Positions 32,560-45,212 of a stretch of 64,000 nucleotides of DNA are shown in pieces. A program made the translations under genes and the position numbers. The stretch's first letter is position 1, and each line of letters begins with the position of its first letter. Location: NCBI RefSeq assembly GCF_988242995.1, contig NZ_OZ547043.1; one strand, written 5' to 3'. Below the pieces are notes generated by a model, which saw only the letters and a program-made list of their open reading frames with translations, did not search any database and had not been told where the DNA came from.

Positions 32560-33297
32560 ATGACGCGCATGAAATATCTGGTGGCAGCCGCCACACTAAG
32601 CCTGTTTTTGGCGGGTTGCTCGGGGTCAAAGGAAGAAGTACCTGATAACCCGCCAAATGAAATTTACGCGACTGCACAACAAAAGCTGCAGGACGGTAAC
32701 TGGAGACAGGCAATAACGCAACTGGAAGCGTTAGATAATCGCTATCCGTTTGGTCCGTATTCGCAGCAGGTGCAGCTGGATCTCATCTACGCCTACTATA
32801 AAAACGCCGATTTGCCGTTAGCACAGGCTGCCATCGATCGTTTTATTCGCCTTAACCCGACCCATCCGAATATCGATTATGTCATGTACATGCGTGGCCT
32901 GACCAATATGGCGCTCGATGACAGTGCACTGCAAGGGTTCTTTGGCGTCGATCGTAGCGATCGCGATCCTCAACATGCACGAGCTGCGTTTAGTGACTTT
33001 TCCAAACTGGTGCGCGGCTATCCGAACAGTCAGTACACCACCGATGCCACCAAACGTCTGGTATTCCTGAAAGATCGTCTGGCGAAATATGAATACTCCG
33101 TTGCCGAGTACTATACAGAACGTGGTGCATGGGTTGCCGTCGTTAACCGCGTAGAAGGCATGTTGCGCGACTACCCGGATACCCAGGCTACGCGTGATGC
33201 GCTGCCGCTGATGGAAAATGCATACCGTCAGATGCAGATGAATGCGCAAGCTGAAAAAGTAGCGAAAATCATCGCTGCAAACAGCAGCAATACATAA
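32560..33297 (+). CDS. bamD: Outer-membrane assembly lipoprotein BamD (YfiO)
   Basis: 245-aa ORF with lipobox (LAGCSG) and TPR-like repeats; divergent from rluD. Confidence 0.92.
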
Positions 33298-33513
33298 CAA
33301 AAACCTGAAACACAAAACGGCAGCCCTTGAGCTGCCGTTTTTTTATTCTGTTAGTTGTGAAACTGAAGCGATTTAGTCACTATCGATCTCATCAAATATG
33401 GCTCGCTTTGAGATATTCCTCAAGTAAAAAAACACCTCTTCCTGCGATTTCTCACAAAAAAGATTCGTTGACAAAAAGTGACAAAATTATGAGATTTCCA
33501 TCACACATTTTGA

Positions 33514-33909
<396 letters not shown>

Positions 33910-34012
33910 TCCTTTATATTGAGTGTATCGCCAACGCGCCTTCGGGCGCGTTTTTTGTTGACAGCGTGAAAACAGTACGGGTACTGTACTGAAGTCACTT
34001 AAGGAAACAAAC

Positions 34013-34060
34013 ATGAAACACACACCGTTTTTCTTCGCATTCTTTTTTACCTTCCCCTGA
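34013..34060 (+). CDS. pheL: pheA leader peptide
   Basis: 15-codon ORF MKHTPFFFAFFFTFP with 7 Phe codons, immediately upstream of the attenuator. Confidence 0.92.
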   Translation: MKHTPFFFAFFFTFP

Positions 34061-34106
34061 ATGGGAGGCGTTTCGTCGTGTGAAACAGAATGCGAAGACG
34101 AACAAT

Positions 34107-34138
34107 AAGGCCTCCCAAATCGGGGGGCCTTTTTTATT
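34107..34138 (+). terminator. pheA transcription attenuator (rho-independent terminator)
   Basis: Hairpin aaggcctcccaaatcggggggcctt followed by TTTTTATT between pheL and pheA. Confidence 0.85.
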
Positions 34139-34158
34139 GATAACAATAAGGCAACACT

Positions 34159-35319
34159 ATGACATCGGAAAATCCATTACTGGCGCTGCGAGAGAAAATC
34201 AGCGCGCTGGATGAAAAATTATTAGCATTACTGGCAGAGCGGCGCGAACTGGCCGTCGAGGTGGGAAAAGCCAAACTGCTCTCGCATCGCCAGGTACGTG
34301 ATATTGATCGTGAACGCGATTTACTGGAAAGATTAATTACGCTCGGTAAAGCGCACCATCTGGACGCCCATTACATTACTCGCCTGTTCCAGCTCATTAT
34401 TGAAGATTCCGTATTAACTCAGCAGGCGTTGCTCCAGCAACATCTCAATAAAATTAATCCGCACTCAGCACGCATCGCTTTTCTCGGCCCCAAAGGTTCT
34501 TATTCCCATCTTGCGGCGCGCCAGTATGCTGCCCGTCACTTTGAGCAATTCATTGAAAGTGGCTGCGCCAAATTTGCCGATATTTTTAATCAGGTGGAAA
34601 CCGGCCAGGCCGACTATGCCGTCGTACCGATTGAAAATACCAGCTCCGGTGCCATAAATGACGTTTATGATCTGCTGCAACATACCAGTTTGTCGATTGT
34701 TGGCGAGATGACGTTAACTATCGACCATTGTTTGTTGGTCTCCGGCACTACTGATTTATCCACAATCAATACGGTCTACAGCCATCCGCAGCCATTCCAG
34801 CAATGCAGCAAATTCCTTAATCGTTATCCGCACTGGAAGATTGAATATACCGAAAGTACGTCTGCGGCAATGGAAAAGGTTGCACAGGCAAAATCACCGC
34901 ATATTGCTGCGTTGGGAAGCGAAGCTGGCGGCACTTTGTACGGTTTGCAGGTACTGGAGCGTATTGAAGCGAATCAGCGACAAAACTTCACCCGATTTGT
35001 GGTGTTGGCACGTAAAGCCATTAACGTTTCTGACCAGGTTCCGGCGAAAACGACGTTGTTAATGGCGACCGGACAACAAGCTGGTGCGCTGGTTGAAGCA
35101 TTGCTGGTACTGCGCAACCACAATCTGATTATGACCCGTCTGGAATCACGCCCGATTCACGGTAATCCGTGGGAAGAGATGTTTTATCTGGATATTCAGG
35201 CCAATCTGGAATCCACAGAAATGCAAAAGGCGTTAAAAGAGTTAGGGGAAATCACCCGTTCAATGAAGGTATTGGGCTGTTACCCAAGCGAGAATGTAGT
35301 GCCTGTTGATCCAACCTGA
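34159..35319 (+). CDS. pheA: Chorismate mutase / prephenate dehydratase (P-protein)
   Basis: 386-aa ORF; N-terminal chorismate mutase, central PDT domain, C-terminal ACT domain. Confidence 0.95.
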   Translation: MTSENPLLALREKISALDEKLLALLAERRELAVEVGKAKLLSHRQVRDIDRERDLLERLITLGKAHHLDAHYITRLFQLIIEDSVLTQQALLQQHLNKINPHSARIAFLGPKGSYSHLAARQYAARHFEQFIESGCAKFADIFNQVETGQADYAVVPIENTSSGAINDVYDLLQHTSLSIVGEMTLTIDHCLLVSGTTDLSTINTVYSHPQPFQQCSKFLNRYPHWKIEYTESTSAAMEKVAQAKSPHIAALGSEAGGTLYGLQVLERIEANQRQNFTRFVVLARKAINVSDQVPAKTTLLMATGQQAGALVEALLVLRNHNLIMTRLESRPIHGNPWEEMFYLDIQANLESTEMQKALKELGEITRSMKVLGCYPSENVVPVDPT

Positions 35320-35362
35320 ATGAAAAGGTGCCGGATGATGTGAATCACCCGGCACTGGATTA

Positions 35363-36484
35363 TTACTGGCGACTGTCATTCGCCTGACGCAATAACACGC
35401 GGCTTTCACTCTGAAAACGCTGTGCGTAATCGCCGAACCAGTGCTCCACCTTGCGGAAACTGTCAATAAACGCCTGCTTATCGCCCTGCTCCAGCAACTC
35501 AATCGCCTCGCCGAAACGCTTATAGTAACGTTTGATTAACGCCAGATTACGCTCTGACGACATAATAATGTCGGCATACAGTTGCGGATCTTGGGCAAAC
35601 AGTCGCCCAACCATCGCCAGCTCAAGGCGGTAAATCGGCGAAGAAAGTGCCAGAAGTTGCTCAAGCTGAACATTTTCTTCTGCCAGGTGCAGCCCATAAG
35701 CAAAAGTAGCAAAGTGGCGCAGAGCCTGAATAAACGCCATATTCTGATCGTGCTCGACGGCGCTAATACGATGCAGCCGAGCGCCCCAGACCTGAATTTG
35801 CTCCAGAAACCATTGGTATGCTTCCGGCTTACGTCCATCACACCAGACCACAACTTGCTTTGCCAGGCTACCGCTGTCCGGGCCGAACATCGGGTGTAAC
35901 CCCAGCACCGGACCATCATGCGCCGCCAGCATGGCCTGTAATGGTCCATTTTTCACCGATGCCAGATCGACCAGAATACAATCTTTCGGTAAAGGCGGTA
36001 ATTTGCCAATAACTTGTTCAGTAACGTGGATGGGCACACTAACAATCACCATTCCGGCATCGGCAACAATATCAGCCGCTCGATCCCAGTCATGTTGCTC
36101 CAGAATCCGCACCTGATAACCCGAGAGTGTCAGCATCTTCTCGAACAGACGTCCCATCTGACCGCCACCACCGACGATAACCACCGGGCGCAGTGACGGA
36201 CAAAGCGTTTTAAATCCTTTGTCGTTTTCACTGGAGTAAGATTCACGCATCACCCGACGCAAAACATCCTCAATCAGATCTGGCGGTACACCCAGAGCTT
36301 CCGCCTCTGCACGACGCGAGGCCAACATAGATGCCTCGCGCTCCGGAACATAAATAGGCAGTCCAAAGCGGCTTTTCACCTCGCCCACTTCAGCAACCAG
36401 TTCCAGACGCTTCGCTAATAAATTCAGCAGCGCTTTATCGACTTCATCAATTTGATCGCGTAATGCGGTCAACTCAGCAACCAT
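35363..36484 (-). CDS. tyrA: Chorismate mutase / prephenate dehydrogenase (T-protein)
   Basis: 373-aa ORF; convergent with pheA and downstream of aroF on the minus strand. Confidence 0.95.
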   Translation of the reverse strand: MVAELTALRDQIDEVDKALLNLLAKRLELVAEVGEVKSRFGLPIYVPEREASMLASRRAEAEALGVPPDLIEDVLRRVMRESYSSENDKGFKTLCPSLRPVVIVGGGGQMGRLFEKMLTLSGYQVRILEQHDWDRAADIVADAGMVIVSVPIHVTEQVIGKLPPLPKDCILVDLASVKNGPLQAMLAAHDGPVLGLHPMFGPDSGSLAKQVVVWCDGRKPEAYQWFLEQIQVWGARLHRISAVEHDQNMAFIQALRHFATFAYGLHLAEENVQLEQLLALSSPIYRLELAMVGRLFAQDPQLYADIIMSSERNLALIKRYYKRFGEAIELLEQGDKQAFIDSFRKVEHWFGDYAQRFQSESRVLLRQANDSRQ

Positions 36485-36494
36485 AATAAACCTC

Positions 36495-37565
36495 TTAAGC
36501 CACGCGCGCCGTCAGCTGCCCGTTGAGATCATGATGGATCTCACGCAGTAAGGCATCGGTCATTTCCCAGCTAATGCAGGCATCGGTTACAGACACGCCG
36601 TATTTCATTTCGCTACGCGGCTGTTCGGAAGACTGATTACCTTCGTGGATATTACTTTCAATCATCAGACCAATAATGGAGCGATTACCATCTTTGATCT
36701 GAGCAACCACGGACTCTGCCACCGCAGGCTGACGGCGATAATCTTTATTGGAATTACCGTGGCTGCAATCTACCATCAGAGACGGGCGCAGTCCCGCCTG
36801 TTCCATCTCTTTTTCACATTGCGCAACATCCGCAGGGCTATAGTTCGGCGCTTTACCACCGCGCAGGATCACATGCCCGTCCGGATTCCCCTGAGTTTGT
36901 AGCAACGCCACCTGCCCTGCCTGGTTAATGCCAACAAAACGGTGCGGCTGGGCGGCGGCGCGCATAGCGTTAATTGCTGTTGCCAGACTGCCGTCGGTGC
37001 CGTTTTTAAAACCAACCGGCATGGAAAGCCCGGAGGCCATTTCACGGTGAGTTTGCGATTCCGTTGTACGAGCACCAATTGCTGACCAGCTAAACAGATC
37101 GCCCAGGTATTGCGGGCTATTTGGATCTAACGCTTCCGTCGCCAGTGGCAGTCCCATATTCACCAGCTCAAGCAGCAATTTACGCGCGATCTGCAGCCCG
37201 GCTTCTACATCAAAAGAGCCATCCATATGGGGATCGTTAATCAACCCTTTCCAACCGACAGTGGTACGGGGTTTTTCAAAATAGACGCGCATTACCAGAT
37301 AGAGGCTATCGCTGACCTCTGCGGCAAGGGCTTTAAATCGACGAGCATATTCCAGAGCAGTTTCCGGATCATGAATGGAACAAGGACCACATACTACCAA
37401 CAGACGAGGATCGCGCCCGGCGATAATATCTGAAATGGTTTTACGCGAGTCAGCAATCTGGGCTTCTTGTTGCAGGCTTAATGGAAAAGCGGCCTTCAGT
37501 TGTTCCGGAGTCATTAAAACTTGTTCGTCGGTAATATGTACGTTATTCAGCGCGTCTTTTTGCAT
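36495..37565 (-). CDS. aroF: DAHP synthase, tyrosine-sensitive
   Basis: ORF track gives 379 aa; start trimmed to [15 protein letters not shown] (356 aa). Confidence 0.92.
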   Translation of the reverse strand: MQKDALNNVHITDEQVLMTPEQLKAAFPLSLQQEAQIADSRKTISDIIAGRDPRLLVVCGPCSIHDPETALEYARRFKALAAEVSDSLYLVMRVYFEKPRTTVGWKGLINDPHMDGSFDVEAGLQIARKLLLELVNMGLPLATEALDPNSPQYLGDLFSWSAIGARTTESQTHREMASGLSMPVGFKNGTDGSLATAINAMRAAAQPHRFVGINQAGQVALLQTQGNPDGHVILRGGKAPNYSPADVAQCEKEMEQAGLRPSLMVDCSHGNSNKDYRRQPAVAESVVAQIKDGNRSIIGLMIESNIHEGNQSSEQPRSEMKYGVSVTDACISWEMTDALLREIHHDLNGQLTARVA

Positions 37566-37646
37566 GATGGCGATCCTGTTTATGCTCGTTTGCGATAGTT
37601 GATCCTCAGCGAGGATGACGTAACGATAACACATAAAGTAAAGTTT

Positions 37647-37739
37647 TCAATCCATATTTCGTACATTTCTCTTTACACAAGCAATTTATTCGCGCTTTTA
37701 ACCCTTGTTTATGTATAAATAAATTTACACCGCCTTTGA
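37647..37739. promoter_or_regulatory. TyrR boxes in the aroF-tyrA promoter region
   Basis: TGTATA-N6-TTTACA (37722-37739) and GTACAT-N6-TTACAC (about 37647-37664) approximate the TyrR box TGTAAA-N6-TTTACA. Confidence 0.6.
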
Positions 37740-37774
37740 AAACAATCCGCTATGCTTTGAAAAAGGAGAAAGAA

Positions 37775-38140
37775 ATGATGAAAAAGTTTATCGCCCCCTT
37801 GTTGGCTTTACTGGTTAGCGGATGTCAGATTGATCCTTATACTCACGCGCCAACCTTGACCAGCACCGACTGGTATGATGTTGGTATGGAAGATGCGATA
37901 TCGGGCAACGCCATAAAAGATGACGATGCATTTAGCGATTCACAGGCGGATCGCGGTCTATACCTTAAAGGATATGCCGAAGGACAAAAGAAAACTTGCC
38001 AGACCGATTTTACTTATGCCCGAGGACTTTCCGGTAAAAGCTTTCCTGCCAGCTGCAACAATGTTGAAAATGCCAGCCAACTGCATGAAGTATGGCAAAA
38101 AGGGGCTGATGAAAATGCCAGCACAATACGATTAAATTAA
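37775..38140 (+). CDS. yfiL: Lipoprotein YfiL
   Basis: ORF track gives 134 aa; start trimmed to MMKKFIAPLLALLVSGCQ (121 aa) with lipobox. Confidence 0.75.
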   Translation: MMKKFIAPLLALLVSGCQIDPYTHAPTLTSTDWYDVGMEDAISGNAIKDDDAFSDSQADRGLYLKGYAEGQKKTCQTDFTYARGLSGKSFPASCNNVENASQLHEVWQKGADENASTIRLN

Positions 38141-38289
38141 TTAACCCCCCACAAATAAATTAAACATGAGATTCTACTCATTGTGTTTTATTTCTCACAT
38201 TGATGACGACCGCATGAAAGAATGATATTTTAATGAGCATTCTGAAAAAATATCGATGCATTTCGAGCGAAGATGGTGAGGATCCCTGA

Positions 38290-38808
38290 ATGCGTTTTTC
38301 TCACCGACTGTTCTTACTGCTGATTCTCCTGCTGACGGGAGCACCAATACTCGCTCAGGAACCTTCTGACGTTGCGAAAAACGTGCGTATGATGGTTTCC
38401 GGTATTGTCAGTTACACCCGCTGGCCTGCGCTATCAGGGCCACCAAAGTTATGTATCTTTTCATCTTCACATTTTAGTAACGCCCTACAAGAGAATGGTA
38501 CGACATCTTTGCCTTATCTGCCTGTCATCATTCACACTCAACAAGAGGCGATGATTTCAGGCTGCAATGGTTTTTATTTTGGCAACGAGTCACCGACATT
38601 CCAGATGGAATTAACCGAACAATATCCGTCAAAGGCGTTATTATTAATTGCCGAACAAAATACCGAGTGCATTATTGGTAGCGCCTTTTGTCTGATCATC
38701 CACAATAATGACGTCAGATTTGCCGTAAACCTGGATGCCTTATCGCGTAGCGGTGTAAAGGTCAACCCAGATGTCTTGATGCTCGCACGGAAGAAAAATG
38801 ATGGATAA
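38290..38808 (+). CDS. yfiR: Periplasmic repressor YfiR of diguanylate cyclase DgcN
   Basis: 172-aa ORF with signal peptide; first gene of the yfiR-dgcN-yfiB cluster. Confidence 0.85.
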   Translation: MRFSHRLFLLLILLLTGAPILAQEPSDVAKNVRMMVSGIVSYTRWPALSGPPKLCIFSSSHFSNALQENGTTSLPYLPVIIHTQQEAMISGCNGFYFGNESPTFQMELTEQYPSKALLLIAEQNTECIIGSAFCLIIHNNDVRFAVNLDALSRSGVKVNPDVLMLARKKNDG

Positions 38809-40024
38809 CGATAATTCTCTTAATAAGCGCCCCACGTTTAAAAGAGCATTACGCAACATCAGTATGACCAGCATATTTATCACTATGATGCTGATCTGGT
38901 TGCTGCTTTCCGTGACCTCGGTGCTGACCCTGAAACAGTACGCGCAAAAAAACCTGGCACTGACAGCAGCAACAATGACTTACAGTCTGGAAGCAGCGGT
39001 CGTTTTTGCCGATGGCTCTGCAGCAACTGAAACACTGGCAGCGCTGGGGCAGCAAGGCCAATTTTCAACTGCAGAAGTGCGTGATAAGCAGCAAAATATT
39101 CTGGCATCCTGGCATTACACCCGTAAGGATCCAGGCGATACTTTCAGTAATTTCATAAGCCACTGGCTCTTCCCTGCCCCCATCGTTCAGCCGATTCGTC
39201 ACAATGGTGAAACCATTGGCGAAGTTCGCTTAACCGCTCGCGACAGTTCAATCAGCCATTTCATCTGGTTTTCGCTCGCTGTCCTGACCGCCTGCATTCT
39301 GCTGGCATCAGGCATCGCAATTACCCTCACCCGCCATTTGCACAATGGTCTGGTTGAAGCGTTAAAAAACATCACCGATGTCGTACATGATGTGCGTTCC
39401 AACCGCAATTTTTCCCGACGAGTTTCGGAAGAACGTATCGCAGAGTTTCACCGCTTCGCTCTCGACTTCAACAGTCTGCTGGATGAAATGGAAGAGTGGC
39501 AGCTTCGTTTACAGGCCAAAAATGCGCAGCTTCTGCGTACCGCGCTACATGACCCATTAACCGGGCTGGCTAACCGCGCAGCGTTTCGTAGCGGTATCAA
39601 TACGTTGATGAACAATTCCGATGCCCGAAAAACGTCGGCGTTACTATTTCTTGATGGCGATAATTTCAAATATATCAATGATACCTGGGGTCATGCGACG
39701 GGCGATCGTGTCTTGATTGAGGTAGCAAAACGGTTAGCTGAATTTGGCGGGCTGCGACATAAAGCATACCGCCTGGGCGGCGATGAATTCGCGATGGTGC
39801 TCTATGATGTACAGTCGGAATCTGAAGTGCAGCAGATATGCTCAGCACTGACACAAATCTTTAATCTCCCGTTTGATCTTCATAATGGCCATCAGACCAC
39901 CATGACATTAAGCATTGGTTACGCGATGACCATTGAGCACGCCTCTGCGGAAAAATTACAAGAGCTTGCCGATCACAATATGTATCAGGCCAAACACCAG
40001 CGTGCCGAAAAGCTGGTGAGATAA
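38798..40024 (+). CDS. dgcN: Diguanylate cyclase DgcN (YfiN)
   Basis: 408-aa ORF with two TM segments, HAMP region and GGDEF active site (RLGGDEF). Confidence 0.9.
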   Translation: MMDNDNSLNKRPTFKRALRNISMTSIFITMMLIWLLLSVTSVLTLKQYAQKNLALTAATMTYSLEAAVVFADGSAATETLAALGQQGQFSTAEVRDKQQNILASWHYTRKDPGDTFSNFISHWLFPAPIVQPIRHNGETIGEVRLTARDSSISHFIWFSLAVLTACILLASGIAITLTRHLHNGLVEALKNITDVVHDVRSNRNFSRRVSEERIAEFHRFALDFNSLLDEMEEWQLRLQAKNAQLLRTALHDPLTGLANRAAFRSGINTLMNNSDARKTSALLFLDGDNFKYINDTWGHATGDRVLIEVAKRLAEFGGLRHKAYRLGGDEFAMVLYDVQSESEVQQICSALTQIFNLPFDLHNGHQTTMTLSIGYAMTIEHASAEKLQELADHNMYQAKHQRAEKLVR

Positions 40025-40039
40025 CAAGGATATATCGAT

Positions 40040-40522
40040 ATGATAAAGCACCTGGTAGCACCCCTGATTTTCACCTCACTAATACTGACTGGCTGCCAGT
40101 CCCCTCAGGGAAAGTTTACTCCTGAGCAAGTCGCCGCTATGCAATCTTATGGATTTACTGAATCCGCCGGCGACTGGTCGCTGGGCTTATCAGATGCCAT
40201 TCTGTTCGCAAAAAATGACTACAAATTGCTCCCGGAAAGCCAGCAACAGATCCAAACCATGGCAGCCAAATTGGCCTCGACAGGGCTAACACATGCCCGT
40301 ATGGATGGACACACCGATAACTATGGTGAAGACAGTTACAACGAAGGCTTATCATTGAAACGGGCGAATGTCGTGGCCGATGCATGGGCTATTGGTGGAC
40401 AAATTCCACGCAGCAATCTCACCACACAGGGTTTAGGAAAAAAATATCCCATAGCCAGTAACAAGACCGCCCAGGGCCGCGCCGAGAACCGCCGCGTCGC
40501 AGTGGTGATTACAACCCCTTAA
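40040..40522 (+). CDS. yfiB: OmpA-family outer-membrane lipoprotein YfiB
   Basis: 160-aa ORF with lipobox (LTGCQ) and OmpA-like peptidoglycan-binding C-terminus. Confidence 0.88.
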   Translation: MIKHLVAPLIFTSLILTGCQSPQGKFTPEQVAAMQSYGFTESAGDWSLGLSDAILFAKNDYKLLPESQQQIQTMAAKLASTGLTHARMDGHTDNYGEDSYNEGLSLKRANVVADAWAIGGQIPRSNLTTQGLGKKYPIASNKTAQGRAENRRVAVVITTP

Positions 40523-40540
40523 AACACGAGCAAACAGATA

Positions 40541-40575
40541 AAAAAGGGCCAGCCAATTGGCCAGCCCTTCTTAAC
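40541..40575. terminator. Bidirectional terminator between yfiB and rplS
   Basis: Hairpin aaaagggccagccaattggccagccctt with flanking A/T runs. Confidence 0.6.
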
Positions 40576-40597
40576 AGGATGTCGCTTAAGCGAAACC

Positions 40598-40948
<351 letters not shown>

Positions 40949-40986
40949 TTAATCTCTTATCCTGGGTAAACTGATATCTCGGGGGC

Positions 40987-41754
40987 TTACGCCATCCCAT
41001 CATGTTTATGTTGCTGTTGTGCGTGTTCCGTTTTGAACTCCGCCAGCAACCTTGCTTGCTCTTCAGTCAGAGCCAGGTTTTCCAGAAGTTCAGGTCTTCT
41101 AAGCCAGGTACGGCCCAGCGACTGTTTCAAACGCCAGCGACGTATCTCGGCATGGTTGCCCGACAGTAACACTGGCGGAACTTCCATCCCTTCTAACACC
41201 TCAGGCCGCGTATAGTGCGGGCAATCCAGCAATCCTTCAGCAAAGGAATCTTCCGTTGCTGAGGCTTCATGTCCCAGTACTCCCGGAATAAACCGGGAAA
41301 CGGAGTCAATCAGCGTCATTGCTGGTAACTCACCACCACTGAGAACGTAATCGCCGATTGACCATTCTTCGTCAATTTCGGTTTGGATCACGCGCTCATC
41401 TATACCTTCGTAGCGACCGCACACCAGAATCAATTTTTGATTCGTTGCCAGTTCGCTGACGCCCGCTTGATCAAGCTTGCGTCCCTGTGGTGACAGATAA
41501 ATCACCTTTGCGCCTTCACCCGCCGCGGCTTTTGCTGCATGAATGGCGTCCCGCAAGGGTTGCACCATCATTAACATCCCCGGTCCGCCGCCGTAAGGAC
41601 GATCGTCCACGGTACGGTGCCGGTCATGCGTGAAGTCGCGAGGACTCCAGCTCTGGATGCTCAGCAGGCCATTTTTAACTGCCCGGCCAGTTACCCCGTA
41701 ATCGGTAATTGCGCGGAACATTTCAGGAAACAGGCTAATTATGCCAATCCACAT
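40987..41754 (-). CDS. trmD: tRNA (guanine37-N1)-methyltransferase
   Basis: 255-aa ORF; SPOUT-fold TrmD. Confidence 0.95.
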
Positions 41755-41784
41755 AGCGCCGTCTTTTACCGTTTATCCGGTGGT

Positions 41785-42333
41785 TTAAAAACCAGGATCC
41801 CAATCTACTTCGATTGAACGAGTAGTGAGATCGACTTTCTTGATAACCTGCCCATCGAGGAACGGTACGAGACGTTCCTTGATACCAAACGCATCTTTCA
41901 GGTTTGCCTTAATGACGAGAACATCATTAGATCCGGTTTCCATCATATCGACGACTTTACCGAGATCGTAGCCTTCAGTGGTTACTACCTGGCAGCCCAT
42001 CAGGTCTTTCCAGTAGTAGTCACCCTCTTCAAGCTGAGGCAGCTGCGATGAATCCACGACAATTTCACAATTCGTCAGCAGGTTCGCCGCATCACGATCG
42101 TCAACGCCTTTCAGCTTGATGATCATGTCCTGATTGTGGTGCTTCCAGCTTTCCAGCTGGACTTGCTGCCACTGACCCGCCTTCTGGATAAACCAGGGCT
42201 GATAGTCAAAAATGCTTTCGGCGTCTTCGGTGGAAGAAAACACTCTGAGCCACCCACGAATACCGTAAGACGAACCCATTTTTCCCAAAACGATGGGATC
42301 AACAGGTGCTTGCGCGGTGAGTTGTTTGCTCAT
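41785..42333 (-). CDS. rimM: 16S rRNA processing protein RimM
   Basis: ORF track gives 185 aa; start trimmed to [20 protein letters not shown] (182 aa). Confidence 0.9.
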
Positions 42334-42351
42334 CATGACCACCGTGACAGA

Positions 42352-42678
<327 letters not shown>

Positions 42679-42848
42679 TTACTCATTTTTGCGGAAATTG
42701 CAATCAGCAGTTGCTAACTCTGCTGTAAAAGGCCGTCGGCGGTGCAGCCAGTTTGGTGCCGGAGTGCGCGCAGTCACCGGAGCGTACACGCAGTACGTGA
42801 GGATGACGAGCACACCCCGGTGCCAAAATGGCAAACAAGCCAGGCCGA

Positions 42849-44210
42849 TTAGCGACCAGGAAATCCCGGCGGCATCATACCCTTCATGCTTCTCATCATC
42901 TTCGCCATTCCGCCCTTCTTCATTTTCTTCATCATGCGCTGCATGTCGTCGAACTGTTTCAGAAGACGGTTAACGTCCTGTACCTGCATCCCGCAACCGG
43001 CGGCGATACGACGCTTACGTGAACCTTTGATGATTTCTGGCTTAGCGCGCTCTTTCATCGTCATTGAGTTGATGATGGCTTCCATACGCACCAGCACTTT
43101 ATCGTCCATCTGCGACTTGACGTTATCCGGGATCTGCCCCATGCCCGGCAGCTTGCCCATCAGGCTAGCCATGCCGCCCATATTTTTCATCTGGCGCAGC
43201 TGCTCAAGAAAGTCGTTGAGATCGAAGCCGTCGCCTTTTTTCAGCTTGCTGGCTAATTTCTCTGCCTGCGCGCGGTCAACTTTGCTTTCGATATCTTCGA
43301 TCAGTGACAGTACGTCGCCCATGCCGAGAATACGCGACGCGATGCGGTCAGGATGGAACGGCTCCAGCGCCTCAGTTTTCTCGCCAACACCGAGGAACTT
43401 GATCGGTTTGCCAGTGATGTGACGAATAGAGAGCGCCGCACCGCCGCGGGCATCGCCGTCCACTTTGGTCAACACTACGCCGGTAAGCGGTAACGCTTCA
43501 TTGAATGCTTTTGCCGTATTGGCCGCATCCTGACCGGTCATGGCGTCAACCACAAACAGGGTTTCAACCGGATTAATCGACGCATGGACTTGTTTGATCT
43601 CATCCATCATCGCTTCGTCAACGTGCAGACGACCAGCGGTATCCACCAGCAGCACGTCGTAGAATTTCAGTTTGGCTTCTTTCAGCGCCGCGTTAACGAT
43701 ATCTACCGGCTTCTGACCAACATCAGAAGGGAAGAAATCAACGCCCACCTGCTCTGCCAGCGTCTCAAGCTGTTTGATTGCCGCCGGGCGATAAACGTCG
43801 GCGGAAACCACCAGCACTTTCTTCTTGTGCTTCTCGCGCAGGAACTTACCGAGTTTACCAACGCTGGTTGTTTTACCGGCACCTTGCAGGCCCGCCATCA
43901 GCACGACCGCAGGCGGTTGCGCAGCCAGGTTCAGGGTCTGGTTCTCTTCGCCCATCGCCGCAACCAGTTCGTTACGGACGATTTTGACGAACTCCTGCCC
44001 CGGCGTCAGGCTCTTATTAACTTCATGACCAACCGCTTTCTCTTTTACGCGATTGATAAACTCACGCACTACCGGCAGAGCGACATCCGCCTCCAGCAGC
44101 GCCATGCGCACTTCGCGCAGCGTATCTTTTACGTTGTCTTCAGTGAGGCGTCCACGGCCACTGATATTGCGCAGCGTGCGCGACAAACGATCGGTTAAAT
44201 TATCAAACAT
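42849..44210 (-). CDS. ffh: Signal recognition particle protein Ffh
   Basis: 453-aa ORF with NG-domain GTPase motifs (GLQGAGKTT, DTAGR) and Met-rich C-terminal M domain. Confidence 0.95.
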   Translation of the reverse strand: MFDNLTDRLSRTLRNISGRGRLTEDNVKDTLREVRMALLEADVALPVVREFINRVKEKAVGHEVNKSLTPGQEFVKIVRNELVAAMGEENQTLNLAAQPPAVVLMAGLQGAGKTTSVGKLGKFLREKHKKKVLVVSADVYRPAAIKQLETLAEQVGVDFFPSDVGQKPVDIVNAALKEAKLKFYDVLLVDTAGRLHVDEAMMDEIKQVHASINPVETLFVVDAMTGQDAANTAKAFNEALPLTGVVLTKVDGDARGGAALSIRHITGKPIKFLGVGEKTEALEPFHPDRIASRILGMGDVLSLIEDIESKVDRAQAEKLASKLKKGDGFDLNDFLEQLRQMKNMGGMASLMGKLPGMGQIPDNVKSQMDDKVLVRMEAIINSMTMKERAKPEIIKGSRKRRIAAGCGMQVQDVNRLLKQFDDMQRMMKKMKKGGMAKMMRSMKGMMPPGFPGR

Positions 44211-44376
44211 TGTCTCTCGCCTGGGGTGGAAACGGTTGGCCGCAATCGCGACACATCATCAGTATTTTGCCGCAGTATAACATGAAGGCGTCTTTGTTGT
44301 TATGCAACGGTTGGAGCAGCGTTCACCTGACGCTATACTGCTTCTCTTTCTTATTGCTCAAACTGTCGACATCACT

Positions 44377-45168
44377 ATGCCCGTTTTTGCTCTGCTCGCG
44401 CTTGTCGCCTACTCCGTCAGTCTTGCGCTGATTGTTCCCGGTCTGCTGCAAAAAAACGGCGGCTGGCGGCGCATGGCTATTATTTCTGCGGTCATTGCGC
44501 TGGTCTGCCACGCAATCGCTCTGGAAGCCCGCATCCTGCCCGACGGTGATAGCGGACAAAACCTCAGCCTGCTGAACGTTGGTTCATTGGTCAGTTTGAT
44601 GATCTGTACGGTAATGACCATTGTGGCTTCTCGCAATCGTGGCTGGTTGCTGCTACCCATTGTCTATGCCTTTGCGCTTATCAACCTGGCGCTGGCGACC
44701 TTCATGCCCAATGAATACATCACTCATCTGGAAGCAACGCCTGGGATGCTGGTGCACATTGGCTTATCGCTCTTTTCCTATGCCACGCTGATTATCGCCG
44801 CCCTGTACGCGCTGCAACTGGCGTGGATTGATTACCAACTGAAGAACAAGAAGCTGGCGTTTAACCAGGAAATGCCGCCATTAATGAGTATCGAGCGTAA
44901 AATGTTCCACATCACGCAGATTGGCGTGGTGCTGCTAACGCTCACGCTTTGCACTGGCCTGTTCTACATGCACAACTTATTTAGCATGGAAAATATCGAC
45001 AAGGCCGTGCTCTCTATCGTGGCGTGGTTTGTCTATATTGTGCTGCTGTGGGGACATTATCATGAAGGATGGCGTGGACGTCGCGTCGTCTGGTTTAACG
45101 TTGCGGGTGCAGTCATTCTGACACTGGCCTACTTCGGCAGCCGAATTGTCCAGCAGTTAATCAGCTAA
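44377..45168 (+). CDS. ypjD: Inner-membrane protein YpjD (cytochrome c assembly protein family)
   Basis: ORF track gives 288 aa; probable start at MPVFALLALVAYS (about 263 aa); polytopic membrane protein divergent from ffh. Confidence 0.75.
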   Translation: MPVFALLALVAYSVSLALIVPGLLQKNGGWRRMAIISAVIALVCHAIALEARILPDGDSGQNLSLLNVGSLVSLMICTVMTIVASRNRGWLLLPIVYAFALINLALATFMPNEYITHLEATPGMLVHIGLSLFSYATLIIAALYALQLAWIDYQLKNKKLAFNQEMPPLMSIERKMFHITQIGVVLLTLTLCTGLFYMHNLFSMENIDKAVLSIVAWFVYIVLLWGHYHEGWRGRRVVWFNVAGAVILTLAYFGSRIVQQLIS

Positions 45169-45212
45169 ACCCAGAAAAGGAGTTTCCCCTGGAACACATT
45201 TCTACTACTACG